From a virus (lineage: Duplodnaviria; Caudoviricetes), in IMG/VR virus record IMGVR_UViG_3300037963_006186, positions 1,382-65,381 of that record: a stretch of 64,000 nucleotides of DNA. One strand, given 5' to 3'. A program made the position numbers and the translations under genes. How positions within the stretch are numbered: the stretch's first letter is position 1; each line of letters opens with the position of its first letter. The notes under the pieces are model-generated. The model had not been told where the DNA came from. It worked only from the letters and a program-made list of their open reading frames with translations, and ran no database searches. This document shows positions 17,267 through 28,000 of this stretch, one piece after another.

Positions 17267-18379
17267 CTATACGGGTAAGAATACATTACCGATCATAGCA
17301 ACACATTTAAGTGTTGCTCCGGCGCCAGGGTCGCCGCCTTGTTTTGAAAAGCTATCTGCGTTGTCTGTACTCTTTAAGATGTCACCGTCCGTACAACCAA
17401 CAATAAACGTACCCGACCCATCAGTACCGACGCAGGTCGCGTTTCCGTGCGTGTCAGAACTTAAGTCAGCGTTGTTGTGCTCAAGCGTTATTGTTTTTCC
17501 GTTTACATCGGCTGCCCAGAACTTCTGAGACAACACAAGAACTACTCGGCCTCCACCACTAGCCATGTGAGTATTCAAACTAATTGACCCGGCAGAAGTT
17601 AATGCTGTTTCTGTACTCCAGTCTGTGTCATCAGACAACGAACAAGAGAACAGTTCTCCAGCACTTTTAATAAAAGCAACTAGCGAACTATTAGTTACTT
17701 GAAGGGCGCGTATGTCACCGGGATCACTGCCTCCTGAGTCTAGAAGAGTGTGAGCTAATGCCCAAGATGCCCCAGAGTTGGTGCTCTTATAAATTCTGTT
17801 TTGTTGAGAGAAGTAAAAGGTGGTTCCGCCCGCATAGCAGATTGCATAACAACTTGTGTTTGCTATATTTGTAGCGCCAGAGACATCTACTTTACTCCAA
17901 TTAGAGCCCCCATCTGTGGATCTAAATACGTGGTTTCCCTTGCTGCTGCTCATCTGTCCGATAGCAACCCAAACATCGTTTCCGTAGGCAATATCAAACA
18001 AACGAAAGTCACTTTGTATTGCTGTCCAAGTAGTTGAAGAGTCTGCTGCATTGGGGGCACGCATCATTTCGCCATTGTCGGTAGCGTTAGTAATTACGTA
18101 CAAAGGATTACTGCTATTATCTTGACCGTACCCGATTGATAGTGGGTTTACTGACGCTCCTGGTGGGTTGATGCCTGCATCGTAGTTAGTCCAAGAAGTT
18201 GTGTCAGAACTAGCAGCATATGCAATGTCTCGAGCATTCATTGCGGTTACCCAATACGTAGCGCCCGACGAAGGAGTAGTCATATCATTGATCTTCTCAA
18301 TACTGCTCTTCGCAATATCGTTGATCTTTTCAATGCTGCCTGCGGCAACATCGTTGACTTTCTCATAGTCCGCCATCAA
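17267..18379 (-). CDS. beta-propeller protein with BNR/Asp-box repeats (putative receptor binding)
   Basis: STDGGSNW, STNSGASW, STDNADSF; N-terminal (IEKIND)x3. Confidence 0.75.
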   Translation of the reverse strand: MMADYEKVNDVAAGSIEKINDIAKSSIEKINDMTTPSSGATYWVTAMNARDIAYAASSDTTSWTNYDAGINPPGASVNPLSIGYGQDNSSNPLYVITNATDNGEMMRAPNAADSSTTWTAIQSDFRLFDIAYGNDVWVAIGQMSSSKGNHVFRSTDGGSNWSKVDVSGATNIANTSCYAICYAGGTTFYFSQQNRIYKSTNSGASWALAHTLLDSGGSDPGDIRALQVTNSSLVAFIKSAGELFSCSLSDDTDWSTETALTSAGSISLNTHMASGGGRVVLVLSQKFWAADVNGKTITLEHNNADLSSDTHGNATCVGTDGSGTFIVGCTDGDILKSTDNADSFSKQGGDPGAGATLKCVAMIGNVFLPV

Positions 18380-21036
18380 GCAACCTCAATGAAGTCTGGG
18401 CTCGGATTGAAGTAGATTTTATCGGCTGTGACAGCCCAGCCAATTACTTGGACTAGGTCTCCGTCTGTCGATGGGGCAGTTTGAGTTGGTGGTCCCTCTG
18501 CTTCGGGCGCGTAGAGCCTTCCAGCTACCGTGTAGCTTGGGAATGTTCCCGCATCGTGGATGAATCCTTGAAGAAGAAACTTGCCTGCTGCATCTGCTGA
18601 AATATCTTCTGCTGCCAAAGCCACGGCGGGAATAGCTTCGGAGCTTCCGGCGGTCATGTTTACTTTGTGCATTTTAGAATCAGACGCTTTGAAGTAAACC
18701 ACGTCTCCTCGATTCAAAGCTTCACCCGCAGTAAAGACAGACGTAATCCCGCAAACGCTGTTGTCTGGAATAGCTGAATCAAGATTGATCGCACGAAAGA
18801 CATCAATGTTCTGAGAGGAGTCAACTGTTAAGGCAGGGGTTGTGCCGTGGGCAGTGCCAACACCAATCTCAAGGTTGTCGGTGCCATCGTCCAGGCCGAT
18901 GCGGTAGTCTTGCGCGTTACCATCAAACACCAACATGGTGTCTTCTGCGCCAGCATCACCGATCGTAATTTTCGGGTTTGTTCCAGCAACAACAACGTCA
19001 CCAGAAAAAGTAGTCAGTTGCGTATCATCGATACTCATTGCCAACTGCATACCTGACCCATTGTTAGTCGAGACTTTAAACTGACCCTTAGCGTCATCTG
19101 AGGCACCAGAATGAGCCCCCTCAATCTGACCCAACGCGTTACCGTCATGATCAGCGAAAAGAACCTTAGACTCTGCGCCACCATCAGTATGCTCATTCGT
19201 TGTGTTTTGAACCACAACAATTGGGGCAGCATCAGATACCTGAAGAATTTGGGCCGGAGCAGCAGTTCCAATACCGACGTTACCACCGTTAAACAAAGCC
19301 GCAATGTTGGTGTCAGCACCGCTTACGTTAACATCAACACCAACGTTAGTTTGTGTCCCTGAAGTCCCACCAGTTAGGTCGATGTCTAAGCCAATGTTAT
19401 TGACTGTGCCTACCATCGTCGGACTGTCAGAGTTGATATCGACATTGAGACCAACATTGTTTCCGGTTTGACCAGAGGCAACAATTCCAGTAGCGTCAAA
19501 GTCAATGTGTGCGCCGATAGTCGTGTGGTTCGTCGTTGCTGTTACGTCTGAATCCACTAAAAGCGTCGTACCATCAAAGGTAAGCTTTGACTCTGAAGTA
19601 ACCGTGCCGTCGCCGTCATCAGTCAGGATCTGGTTGTTTGCGCCGTCAACCCCTACAGGGTGTAGGTCGCTTACACTGAGGACTCCTGAGCTAGCTGACA
19701 AGCCGGTAGAAGAAGCGGTTCCAGCCACTGCTGTGACCAAGTCAGCAATAGACTCAGCCTTCGGTGTGCCTGTGGCCCCACCGTTAAAAAACATGATGTG
19801 ATCGTCGGCAACAGCAACGCTATCAGCAGCGACCTTTAGCGTAGTGATTTCAGCCGAGCCGTTGTAAGTTAGGGCTGCAGTTCCGCCTGCTTCCTTAAGC
19901 GACCCGCCATCGTCGATGATAATATCGCCCTTGACTGTGACGTTATCCTCAAAGGTGGCCGACTTATCGTCGCTGATTGTAAGCGCTGTTGCAAGAGCGT
20001 TAAGGGTGCTTCCGGAGCTTCCCGCGTTAGCGGTTTTGAAGATAATGTCTCCACCAGCACCAGAGCCTTTACCTTGGCCGCCAGAGATAGTAACCGAGCC
20101 GCCAGCTTGGTTGTTGCTTGTGCCCGCAGTAGTAGATCCACCAGAAATACTGAGTGTGGCTCCCGCAGCATCATGGGCTGTAGCCCCGACAGAAAGCGTA
20201 GAGTTTGTTGCTCCGTAAGCAATGTCACCACCCGTAACCGTAAGATCAGTACCAACAGTAACGGCAGCGTTAAACGATGCGGCACCAGCTTCTGACATAT
20301 CAAGGGTCAGCGCAGTAATGTCACTGGTATCGTCTGTGCCCTTGAAGATGATGTCAGCATCGCCTGCTTGAGCGTCAAGCGTAATGTTTCCAGACGTAGT
20401 TGCTATAGTGACGGCGGCGTCACCCGTACTAATATCATCTGCAGCACTCGATCCAGTAGCAACGGCATCAGAAACCCACTTTGCGCCATCATATTTCAAA
20501 AACTCACCAGTACTCGGAGAGTCTTGACCAATCTTGGTGACGTTTCCAGAAGCGTCAATAGTGATTGCAGCAGTGCCGCCCGCTTCTTTAATTGAACCAC
20601 CATCGTCGAGAATGATGTCACCAGTGACCTGAACATCGCCAGCCGCCGTTACTTTTTGGGCCTCATTGATAGTGATTGCAGCGGTAAGAGATGAGCCCGT
20701 ATGAGTGGACAAAATCATTTTGCCCTTAGTGTCATCGGACGCGCCGCTATGGCTTACTTCAATCTGGCCAAGAGAAACGTTAGCATGGTCTTCAAAAATA
20801 AGCTTTGACTCACAACCGCCGTCTGAGTTTTCAGAGGTGTCGTTCTTCAGTGTGACGTAAGGAGTGTTGCTTTCAACTTGAAGCTGTGTTCCTGGGGACG
20901 TCGTGCCCATACCAACACGATTATTAGTCTCATCAATAGACAGCGTTCCGCTATCGATCTCAAGATCATCGGCGGTAATCGTCGTGGCTCTTACGGCTCC
21001 GCCACCACCTGAAAACTTTGAATTAAAGCTTGGCAT
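18376..21036 (-). CDS. fibre protein with internal repeats
   Basis: G/A/T/S/D-rich; NRVGMGTTSP and NVGIGTAAP fibre motifs; duplicated ~95-aa module. Confidence 0.8.
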   Translation of the reverse strand: MPSFNSKFSGGGGAVRATTITADDLEIDSGTLSIDETNNRVGMGTTSPGTQLQVESNTPYVTLKNDTSENSDGGCESKLIFEDHANVSLGQIEVSHSGASDDTKGKMILSTHTGSSLTAAITINEAQKVTAAGDVQVTGDIILDDGGSIKEAGGTAAITIDASGNVTKIGQDSPSTGEFLKYDGAKWVSDAVATGSSAADDISTGDAAVTIATTSGNITLDAQAGDADIIFKGTDDTSDITALTLDMSEAGAASFNAAVTVGTDLTVTGGDIAYGATNSTLSVGATAHDAAGATLSISGGSTTAGTSNNQAGGSVTISGGQGKGSGAGGDIIFKTANAGSSGSTLNALATALTISDDKSATFEDNVTVKGDIIIDDGGSLKEAGGTAALTYNGSAEITTLKVAADSVAVADDHIMFFNGGATGTPKAESIADLVTAVAGTASSTGLSASSGVLSVSDLHPVGVDGANNQILTDDGDGTVTSESKLTFDGTTLLVDSDVTATTNHTTIGAHIDFDATGIVASGQTGNNVGLNVDINSDSPTMVGTVNNIGLDIDLTGGTSGTQTNVGVDVNVSGADTNIAALFNGGNVGIGTAAPAQILQVSDAAPIVVVQNTTNEHTDGGAESKVLFADHDGNALGQIEGAHSGASDDAKGQFKVSTNNGSGMQLAMSIDDTQLTTFSGDVVVAGTNPKITIGDAGAEDTMLVFDGNAQDYRIGLDDGTDNLEIGVGTAHGTTPALTVDSSQNIDVFRAINLDSAIPDNSVCGITSVFTAGEALNRGDVVYFKASDSKMHKVNMTAGSSEAIPAVALAAEDISADAAGKFLLQGFIHDAGTFPSYTVAGRLYAPEAEGPPTQTAPSTDGDLVQVIGWAVTADKIYFNPSPDFIEVA

Positions 21037-21045
21037 GAGGCCCCC

Positions 21046-21471
21046 TTATGTTTTGTCGTGCCAGTGAAGTCGAGCTTTATCTAAAACACACGCCTCACCC
21101 GGCTTGATCCACAAGTAGCACTTTCCAGTTGTTGTTTGTCCAGATGGGGCAGTAATAAACAACTTATCAAGCGATATGACGGTATGAACCGTACCTGATG
21201 ATCCGCCAGCAGTAACCGAGACGGACTCTGCCTTTGAAGTCAGAGGATCATCACCGGTAGAATCCCATGTCAAGTAAACATCGAAAGTAAGGGTTGCATC
21301 AGCCCAGGACGTAAAGACGAGATCAAGTTGAGAAAACGAGCAGGACCCCGGCAACGCTCGCGAACGAGCGTCACTGGGTGATCCTGAAGTTTGCTCAGCG
21401 AGCAGCGTCGATGTGAAGCTGCCCGTACTGAGAGACGTTTGAGTCGTGTTTGTAACGAAACTTGAAGCCAT
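21046..21471 (-). CDS. putative virion structural protein
   Basis: GGAGG SD; beta-rich; lies in the fibre operon. Confidence 0.65.
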   Translation of the reverse strand: MASSFVTNTTQTSLSTGSFTSTLLAEQTSGSPSDARSRALPGSCSFSQLDLVFTSWADATLTFDVYLTWDSTGDDPLTSKAESVSVTAGGSSGTVHTVISLDKLFITAPSGQTTTGKCYLWIKPGEACVLDKARLHWHDKT

Positions 21472-21501
21472 AAGAGCCTCCAGCTAGCTAGAGGTTCTAT
21501 A

Positions 21502-21951
21502 TCAAGTGTTTCCGCCAACAAGACCGCGCCAAGTAGTTCCATCACAGAACAGCACAGCGCCTTCATTTTGTCCTACAGTGACAATAGTTGCAGGCTCATC
21601 GCTTCTTACCACTAGACCCTCATCATTATCGGCAGCGTTGAACAAGAACAACAAGAGACCAGTGCTGCTTGCTTCTGCGGGCAAAGTAATGTTTCGGCCA
21701 GCGCCACCGGGATCCATAATAATCACGTTAGACTTGATCACTGTTTGGTTAGCAGCAGCCGTTCCGCTGACCAAAAGAGTGTGGTCTCCAGCGCATGTGA
21801 TTGCTTCGCTTTTATGGGCGAGCAGGTTGGTTGCACCACTTAGACTGGACAATAAAGCCGCTTGGCCTTTTACGGAAATACCTTTGCCAGCCTCGAATGC
21901 AAGGTTGTGAACAAGTGCGCGACCACCGGTAAGTTCAGGGATTGAGGACAT
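21502..21951 (-). CDS. putative capsid or fibre accessory protein
   Basis: GGAG SD; RNITLPA...LFLFN...AVLFCDGTTW pattern typical of phage beta-sandwich domains. Confidence 0.65.
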   Translation of the reverse strand: MSSIPELTGGRALVHNLAFEAGKGISVKGQAALLSSLSGATNLLAHKSEAITCAGDHTLLVSGTAAANQTVIKSNVIIMDPGGAGRNITLPAEASSTGLLLFLFNAADNDEGLVVRSDEPATIVTVGQNEGAVLFCDGTTWRGLVGGNT

Positions 21952-22029
21952 GATTTACTCCATTTGGGGAAGGGGAAGCAGTATTTGTGTTCAAGGATAA
22001 CATGATCGAATAAATTTATTCGTCGTTCT

Positions 22030-25000
22030 TTATTTTTGTGGTTGTTTTTTTACTCGATCGTTTAGATATCTAATTTGTTCTCTCAGCTTTCTATTTACTT
22101 GTTCTTCATAAGTTCTGGGAGTCAAATATCCAAAACCGAATGCTTTTAATATTTCTAATGGCTGATACTGATCATACTCAAGGGTGTATGATGACCCATC
22201 GGGTGCAACATATTGTTCATCAGCCCTCATAAAAATTCTACCAGTAGCAGTATCAAGATTGTCAGGCCCAAAATTAACTGGCCTTCTCATGTAGCTGCGT
22301 CTTCTTTCTTTTACGAAGCCGGGAGATGTAGCAAACGGGATATTGGCAAGCAAAGGCTTTTCACGGTCAGCTTGAAAGTATAAGTCTGAAGCCTTTACTA
22401 ACGCCTCTGTAAAACCAATATTGGATCTATCAAGGGCCTCCAAAACTCTACCCATACGGCCCGTTACTGGAGTCTGCAAAAAGTTCATCAGCATGCTGTA
22501 AGTGTATGGGTTTTGAGCAATGTATATGCCCCTTGCAGGCATTTCTAAGTTGTTTGGGTTGACTCTTCTGCCTGTGTTGGCATCGAACCCCCAGTCTTTT
22601 TTCATATCGTCATATGGAATGAACTTAATGTTCAAATAATCCCACAAAGCACCGCCAAAAATGTCGTAGTCAAGCTGAACAAGCAAGGCTGGGACTTGAT
22701 TGGTAGCTCTCTCTAAGGCAAATCCCCTACCAGGATCAACACCAACAAGCTGTCGAATACCTTCGACTAAGAACGGACTACCTCTGCCCGCTATAGCTTG
22801 CATGCTTTCTCTCATGTCTGGAGAGTCAAGATCTCCTGACACTGTTCCTGGGATACTGGAAGCTAATTTTATAAAATCAACCAGCAACTGCATGGTGTCC
22901 GAAACGCTTGTGTAAGGCAAGCGAACGAAAGTTCCGTTGATTTCGAACGGCAAAAATATTCTCGATTTGTCCCAAGAAGCCAACATTAAATCGGGGTCTT
23001 CACCTTTTGTTGCAGCTATTTGAGTTGATCTTGCTAATTTCAACTGAGCCACAATCCGGTCTGGGTTTTCAATCAAAGAACGCATGAACAAACCAGACGC
23101 TTGTGCAAAGTATGTCCAAAAAGCAAACGCTTTTGCCAAATAAGACGCTTCAATGTCCGTCATTCGACCGTAATCAAGCTTAATGTCCAAAGTTCTTTGT
23201 GCTGCATCAGAAAAGTCGACGCCGTTTTCAAGTTCACGTACGAAGACTTTAAGTCGTTGATACATATCGATTGATGTAAACGCTTCTCTATAAAATCGGT
23301 GAGCTTTATCTAAAGCGTTGCCCCTTGTAAGAAGCCAGCCTAAAGTAAGTCCCGCACCAGCACCTGTAGCAGTGCCAGCAACAACACCGGATGCGCCAGT
23401 CAACAAAGAAGCGACCAACCCTCCAATGGCCCCAGCTTGCGCACCGGTAATCTTAACGCTCGATTTTTTAAATGTGTCTTCTATTCGGTTGTGAATATTA
23501 GGGTCAGCAATCATGTCAGCAAATGCAGTATGAAAACCAAAAGCCTCCATATTGTTTGCGACAAAATCAGCAGTCAAAATCCTGCCGTCACGTAAAACGA
23601 GCGGCTTAGTGTTTGGTCTATAAGAGCCATCGCCAGAAATTCTAGCCATCACACCAGCAACAAAATTTACGTTCGTTCCTGTAGTTTTATTTAAAGCACG
23701 AGAAAATGGACCTTTTACAAAATCAGGAATTGTTGCAAAAGCTGCTCTTGCACCTTGTCCAAGGTGTATTTCACTTAATCCGCCAACAAATAAGCTGACC
23801 GCATAAGGAACCATTGGCAATCCACCAACACCAATCAACAACCTTCTGTAGTAATGGCGTGGATTTATGAGAAGATCGGAGGCTCTTTCGGCTGCGGTTA
23901 ATATGTCTTTCCATTTTTGAATGCCCCATGGAATCTTATTGTCTGGATTTAAAGAGTACTCAACGGTGCCTTTCGGGCCATAATTTCTTCCAAATGTTCC
24001 TGATGCAGCGCCAGAGGTGTATATGCTGCTAAGTGCATCCTCTAATCCCTCAATCATCGTCTCAGGTAACAAAAAGTACCTATCGCCAATCATGACTTTG
24101 GAAAATTGACCAAGCTCCCTTTTCACTCCCATGGAATCTAATATTCGAGACGCTTCTGCTCTTGCGTCTCGATCTATGGCTCCGATTGATTTTGCGTCTT
24201 GATGCTCGCGATATGGACTATCAAGAGGTCCATATTTTTCTGGAGGTGGCCTTAAAGGTTGATCGAGCACCTGTCCTTCAGTGGTTAAAATTACACTTTC
24301 CTGCCATTGCATTTCATCATTGATGAACTGAGCAATTCTGTCGATGTATTTTTGCCTGTCTAATCCTGGGGCCTCTCCAGGCTCACGCACTTTAGTTAAG
24401 CCACGAGTAGAGGTATCGTAGCCAAGTTCAGCCATTCTTTTAGCGAGGCCGAATCGGACCTCATCTAACTTCATGTAGATCAAAACGTTTGTGAGCATCA
24501 CCTCGCTTTCACCGTAAGGTTTCTCCAACGCTTCTTTGGATTGTTTTTTGATTATTTGTTTGATTATTCCGTCTACTTCCCCGTACTCGTATAAACCACC
24601 CAGGCGCTTTGTTGTTGCCACATCCTTTATATGTTGAATATCTCCAACATAAAAAGCCTTATAAAGCCCCTTTATTTGTTTGTCTGTAAAGTTCCAATCT
24701 ATTTTGTTTTGCTGATGACCTATTGCTCTTTTGAATGTTTGTTTTGCAAAATCAACAACGTATTCTTTCTTCTCTCTGAGTCCTATTTCTAATATTTGAA
24801 TTGAATCAGCAACAATGTTTGCTTCTGACTCAGAAAGATTTCGAATACTACCGGTGTTGTTATCAAAAACCCCGGCACCTTTTTCTTTTAAGGTTCTCAA
24901 ATTGTTAAGCGCATGTCGCTCGGCGCGAGTCATGCCATAAAATCCGTCAAGTAAGTCTTGGATTTGATTCAGTTTTCCGTAAATGTAATTTAAATCAAAC

Positions 25001-28000
25001 GGTTCTACTGGAGGAAAACTTACAGGAGGTGGCTGTCCTTGTCTTTGTGCGTCTCTTATTTGAGCTAATGCATCGGCATCAATTTTGTTTTTTGTTTCAG
25101 AAAAACTGCTTACGATGTCGAACAAAGCACTGACATTTGCAAGCTGAACACGAGGCACTAAAAGATCGACTTGATTCTTATAAAAATCAAGAAAACTATC
25201 TAATCCCGACTTTTCAGCAGCGGTAGCAAGCTTGTCTGGTATCGAGGCAATTTCACGAGTCCACTTTTGCCACTCTGAAACAAGCGCTGGGTCTGCATTT
25301 TTCTTGTTGAATCGGGGGGGGTTCACCTCAAACAATTCAGCAATTTTTTCGAATGCTGCTTTCATTGGCAACAAAACGCTTCTGTTCGAAAATTTTTGTA
25401 TAAATAGTTGCGTGTAACCAGGGTGAATAGAGTTTCGATCCACTCTATTCAGCGGGTTGGCTTCTATGTCCTGAGCCACTTGAAGCACCCGCATATATTC
25501 GTTGTGAGACAATATTTTAAGGTTTGCGTCTGGGTCTAACAAAGCCAATGGTAAATCATTGCTTTGCGGGCTTGCAGCAAGCTCTTGAAGCAACGTCTTG
25601 AGTCCAGCACGCTCACGATCATTCAATATCAAAAATTCAGTCGTATAAAGCAATTCATCAATTGCTTCATCAAATCGAGTGCCTACTGGCATTTGTGTGC
25701 TGGCCTTGATTCTTTCTCGAAAAGCACTGATGTCAGCATCGGTGACGTCTGATATGCCATCGAGATCGTATAAGGCGGTATATCCTTGTTCAGATTTTTG
25801 ATAGTTCCTTTGATTAAGTCGATCAGCAAGTTGATCTGGAGTCGACCCCAAAGCGTCTGTCAGCCGTCTCTTGGCTGCCTCTACAATCGGCGCCACTCTA
25901 TAGTTAGGCACAATATATTTGCCTCCAGTGCCTACAGAGGCTTGGTTTTTTGCACCAAACGGATACGTCAATGAGCTTTCAGCACCAGCAATTCTTTTGC
26001 GGAATGGTTGAACCTGAATCAAGCTCAGCAGCTTACGACCAACTTCGAGTGGATCATAGTAAAAGTCGGCGTATACCTGCCTTGGAATGCGCGTGCGCTC
26101 ACCAGTACGAGGATCGACTTGAATCTCAACTCTAGTTTGAGTTTTTTGCCCCAAAAAAGCCCGCAAAGTTTGCTCGTCCATGTTCATTTCTTGAGCACCC
26201 TCTGCTTGTTTGGTTTTCTTTGGTCGAGCTTCGGTGGCACGCTCTAAAGCATCACTTGATACAAATATTGCTTCGGCTCTCCGCCTTCTTGCTTTTTCAG
26301 TGAATCCTTCAACAAAACGCCTATCCGATGGTAGTTCTCCAAACTCAACGTCCCAAAACTGACGGACTTGTTTGGGTAAAACACCCGGTTGCTTACGAAG
26401 CCGTGAGTAAAACTGGTGAAGCTTCATCCAAAGTTGGTCTATGAGTTTTGCTACGTACCCGTTTGGTGAGTCTTTTGTTCTCCGGTAATACTGCCAAGCA
26501 TCGCTGAGTTGTGTCGAACCTTCAGATGTCAAAGTGCGGACGCCATTTTCATCCACATTATGATCAAACATGCGGATGAGTTTTTGAGAAAATTCAGGAC
26601 CCATAAGAGAAACCATAAAGTCTGCATTTGCAGACCAAAGGTCGCCCATATCACCCGATCTAAAAAGGGTAATTATTCGCTTACCTGTGTTCTCATCGTA
26701 TTCAAACGCTGACCTTCTCACACCATCACGAGCAGTAAATCGAGTGTCACCATCAGGCTCGTCTAATCGCAGCCGAACCAATCCGTCCGTAGTATCAAGA
26801 CGAACTTCTAAATTTTCTATGACTTCTTGAGCGTTAAAAAATCGGGTGTTTGGTGATGAAGCAGCAGTAAATGCTTGAGATTCTATTTGAGCCAAAAACA
26901 AAGATGAGTCATTAGGTGATATCAAACCCTCTTCAACCATTCTGTTCAAATTAGACTGGATGGTTTTGTAGGCTTTTGATGACTTGAAAGTGCGAACGGT
27001 GTTTGTTCCGAATTTTCTTACTATTTTTTCAGCTTCTTTGCTTAGCTCAATGCTGTCATCAGTAGACTTTGCAAACGCCAAAAAAATGGCATCAGGATCC
27101 AATCCGGCCTGTAGTGCAAGTCTTCGAAAAAGACGAGTTTCTGCTGCAGTCATTTTTTCGAGTGGGTTCAAACCCTTGTTCAACATTCGAACTGCTGCTT
27201 CTTCGTGTAGCTTTTGTCGGGCCACAACCGGGTCTACATTTACATCCTCTACAACGCCAGCGAGCAACTCTTGCTTAGCTATCTTACGGCCTACTCCCGA
27301 CCCTCTTGCTACAAAGCCGGCATACGCCGCATACGGAGAGTTGCCAGCCAGACGTAAACCTTTACCAAGTACTTTAAATATTGGCCTTTCTACGTTTATA
27401 TTTTCAGTCAAAAACCCGGCTGTAGACAAAATGTTGTACTCAACGTCTCCTGGTTGATAACCATAAACTCTGGCAATTTCTTGGGCGGCTATGTGTGGGC
27501 CACCCAAACCGCTTTTCATGCGAGCATCAATTTTTACCAACAGGGGCAAACCCGGCTCTCTAATACCTCTATCGAAAGCTCTATCTGCCCTTGACTCGCC
27601 ATATATTTCATTTGGAACACCGTAATTAATGACTAAGTCTTGAAGCTTTTCACCGACATGGAATGCAGTTTCGGTCAAACCTGTCATGATCCAGTTTGCC
27701 CAGTTCATTATTTCGGCGCCCTCGGCCCTTTTGTACAAAGTGCCGTGACCCTCTACATACACAGGAGTCTGTGTAAGATCGAAACCCTCTCTTTCTAAAA
27801 TACGAGTTGCTCTACCTCCGGTTTTTTCATCAATAAATGTAATAGTATCTTCTGCCCAATCTTTGATTGTTTCAAACTTAGGCATCGTAGATTCAACAAT
27901 GACATCAAATCCGGGTGAGTTTTTAAATAAACCAAGTTGAACCGCGTTGATAGAGTTTTGAATTTCAGTGTCTGATCTTTGCTCATGCACAGCCAAAACA

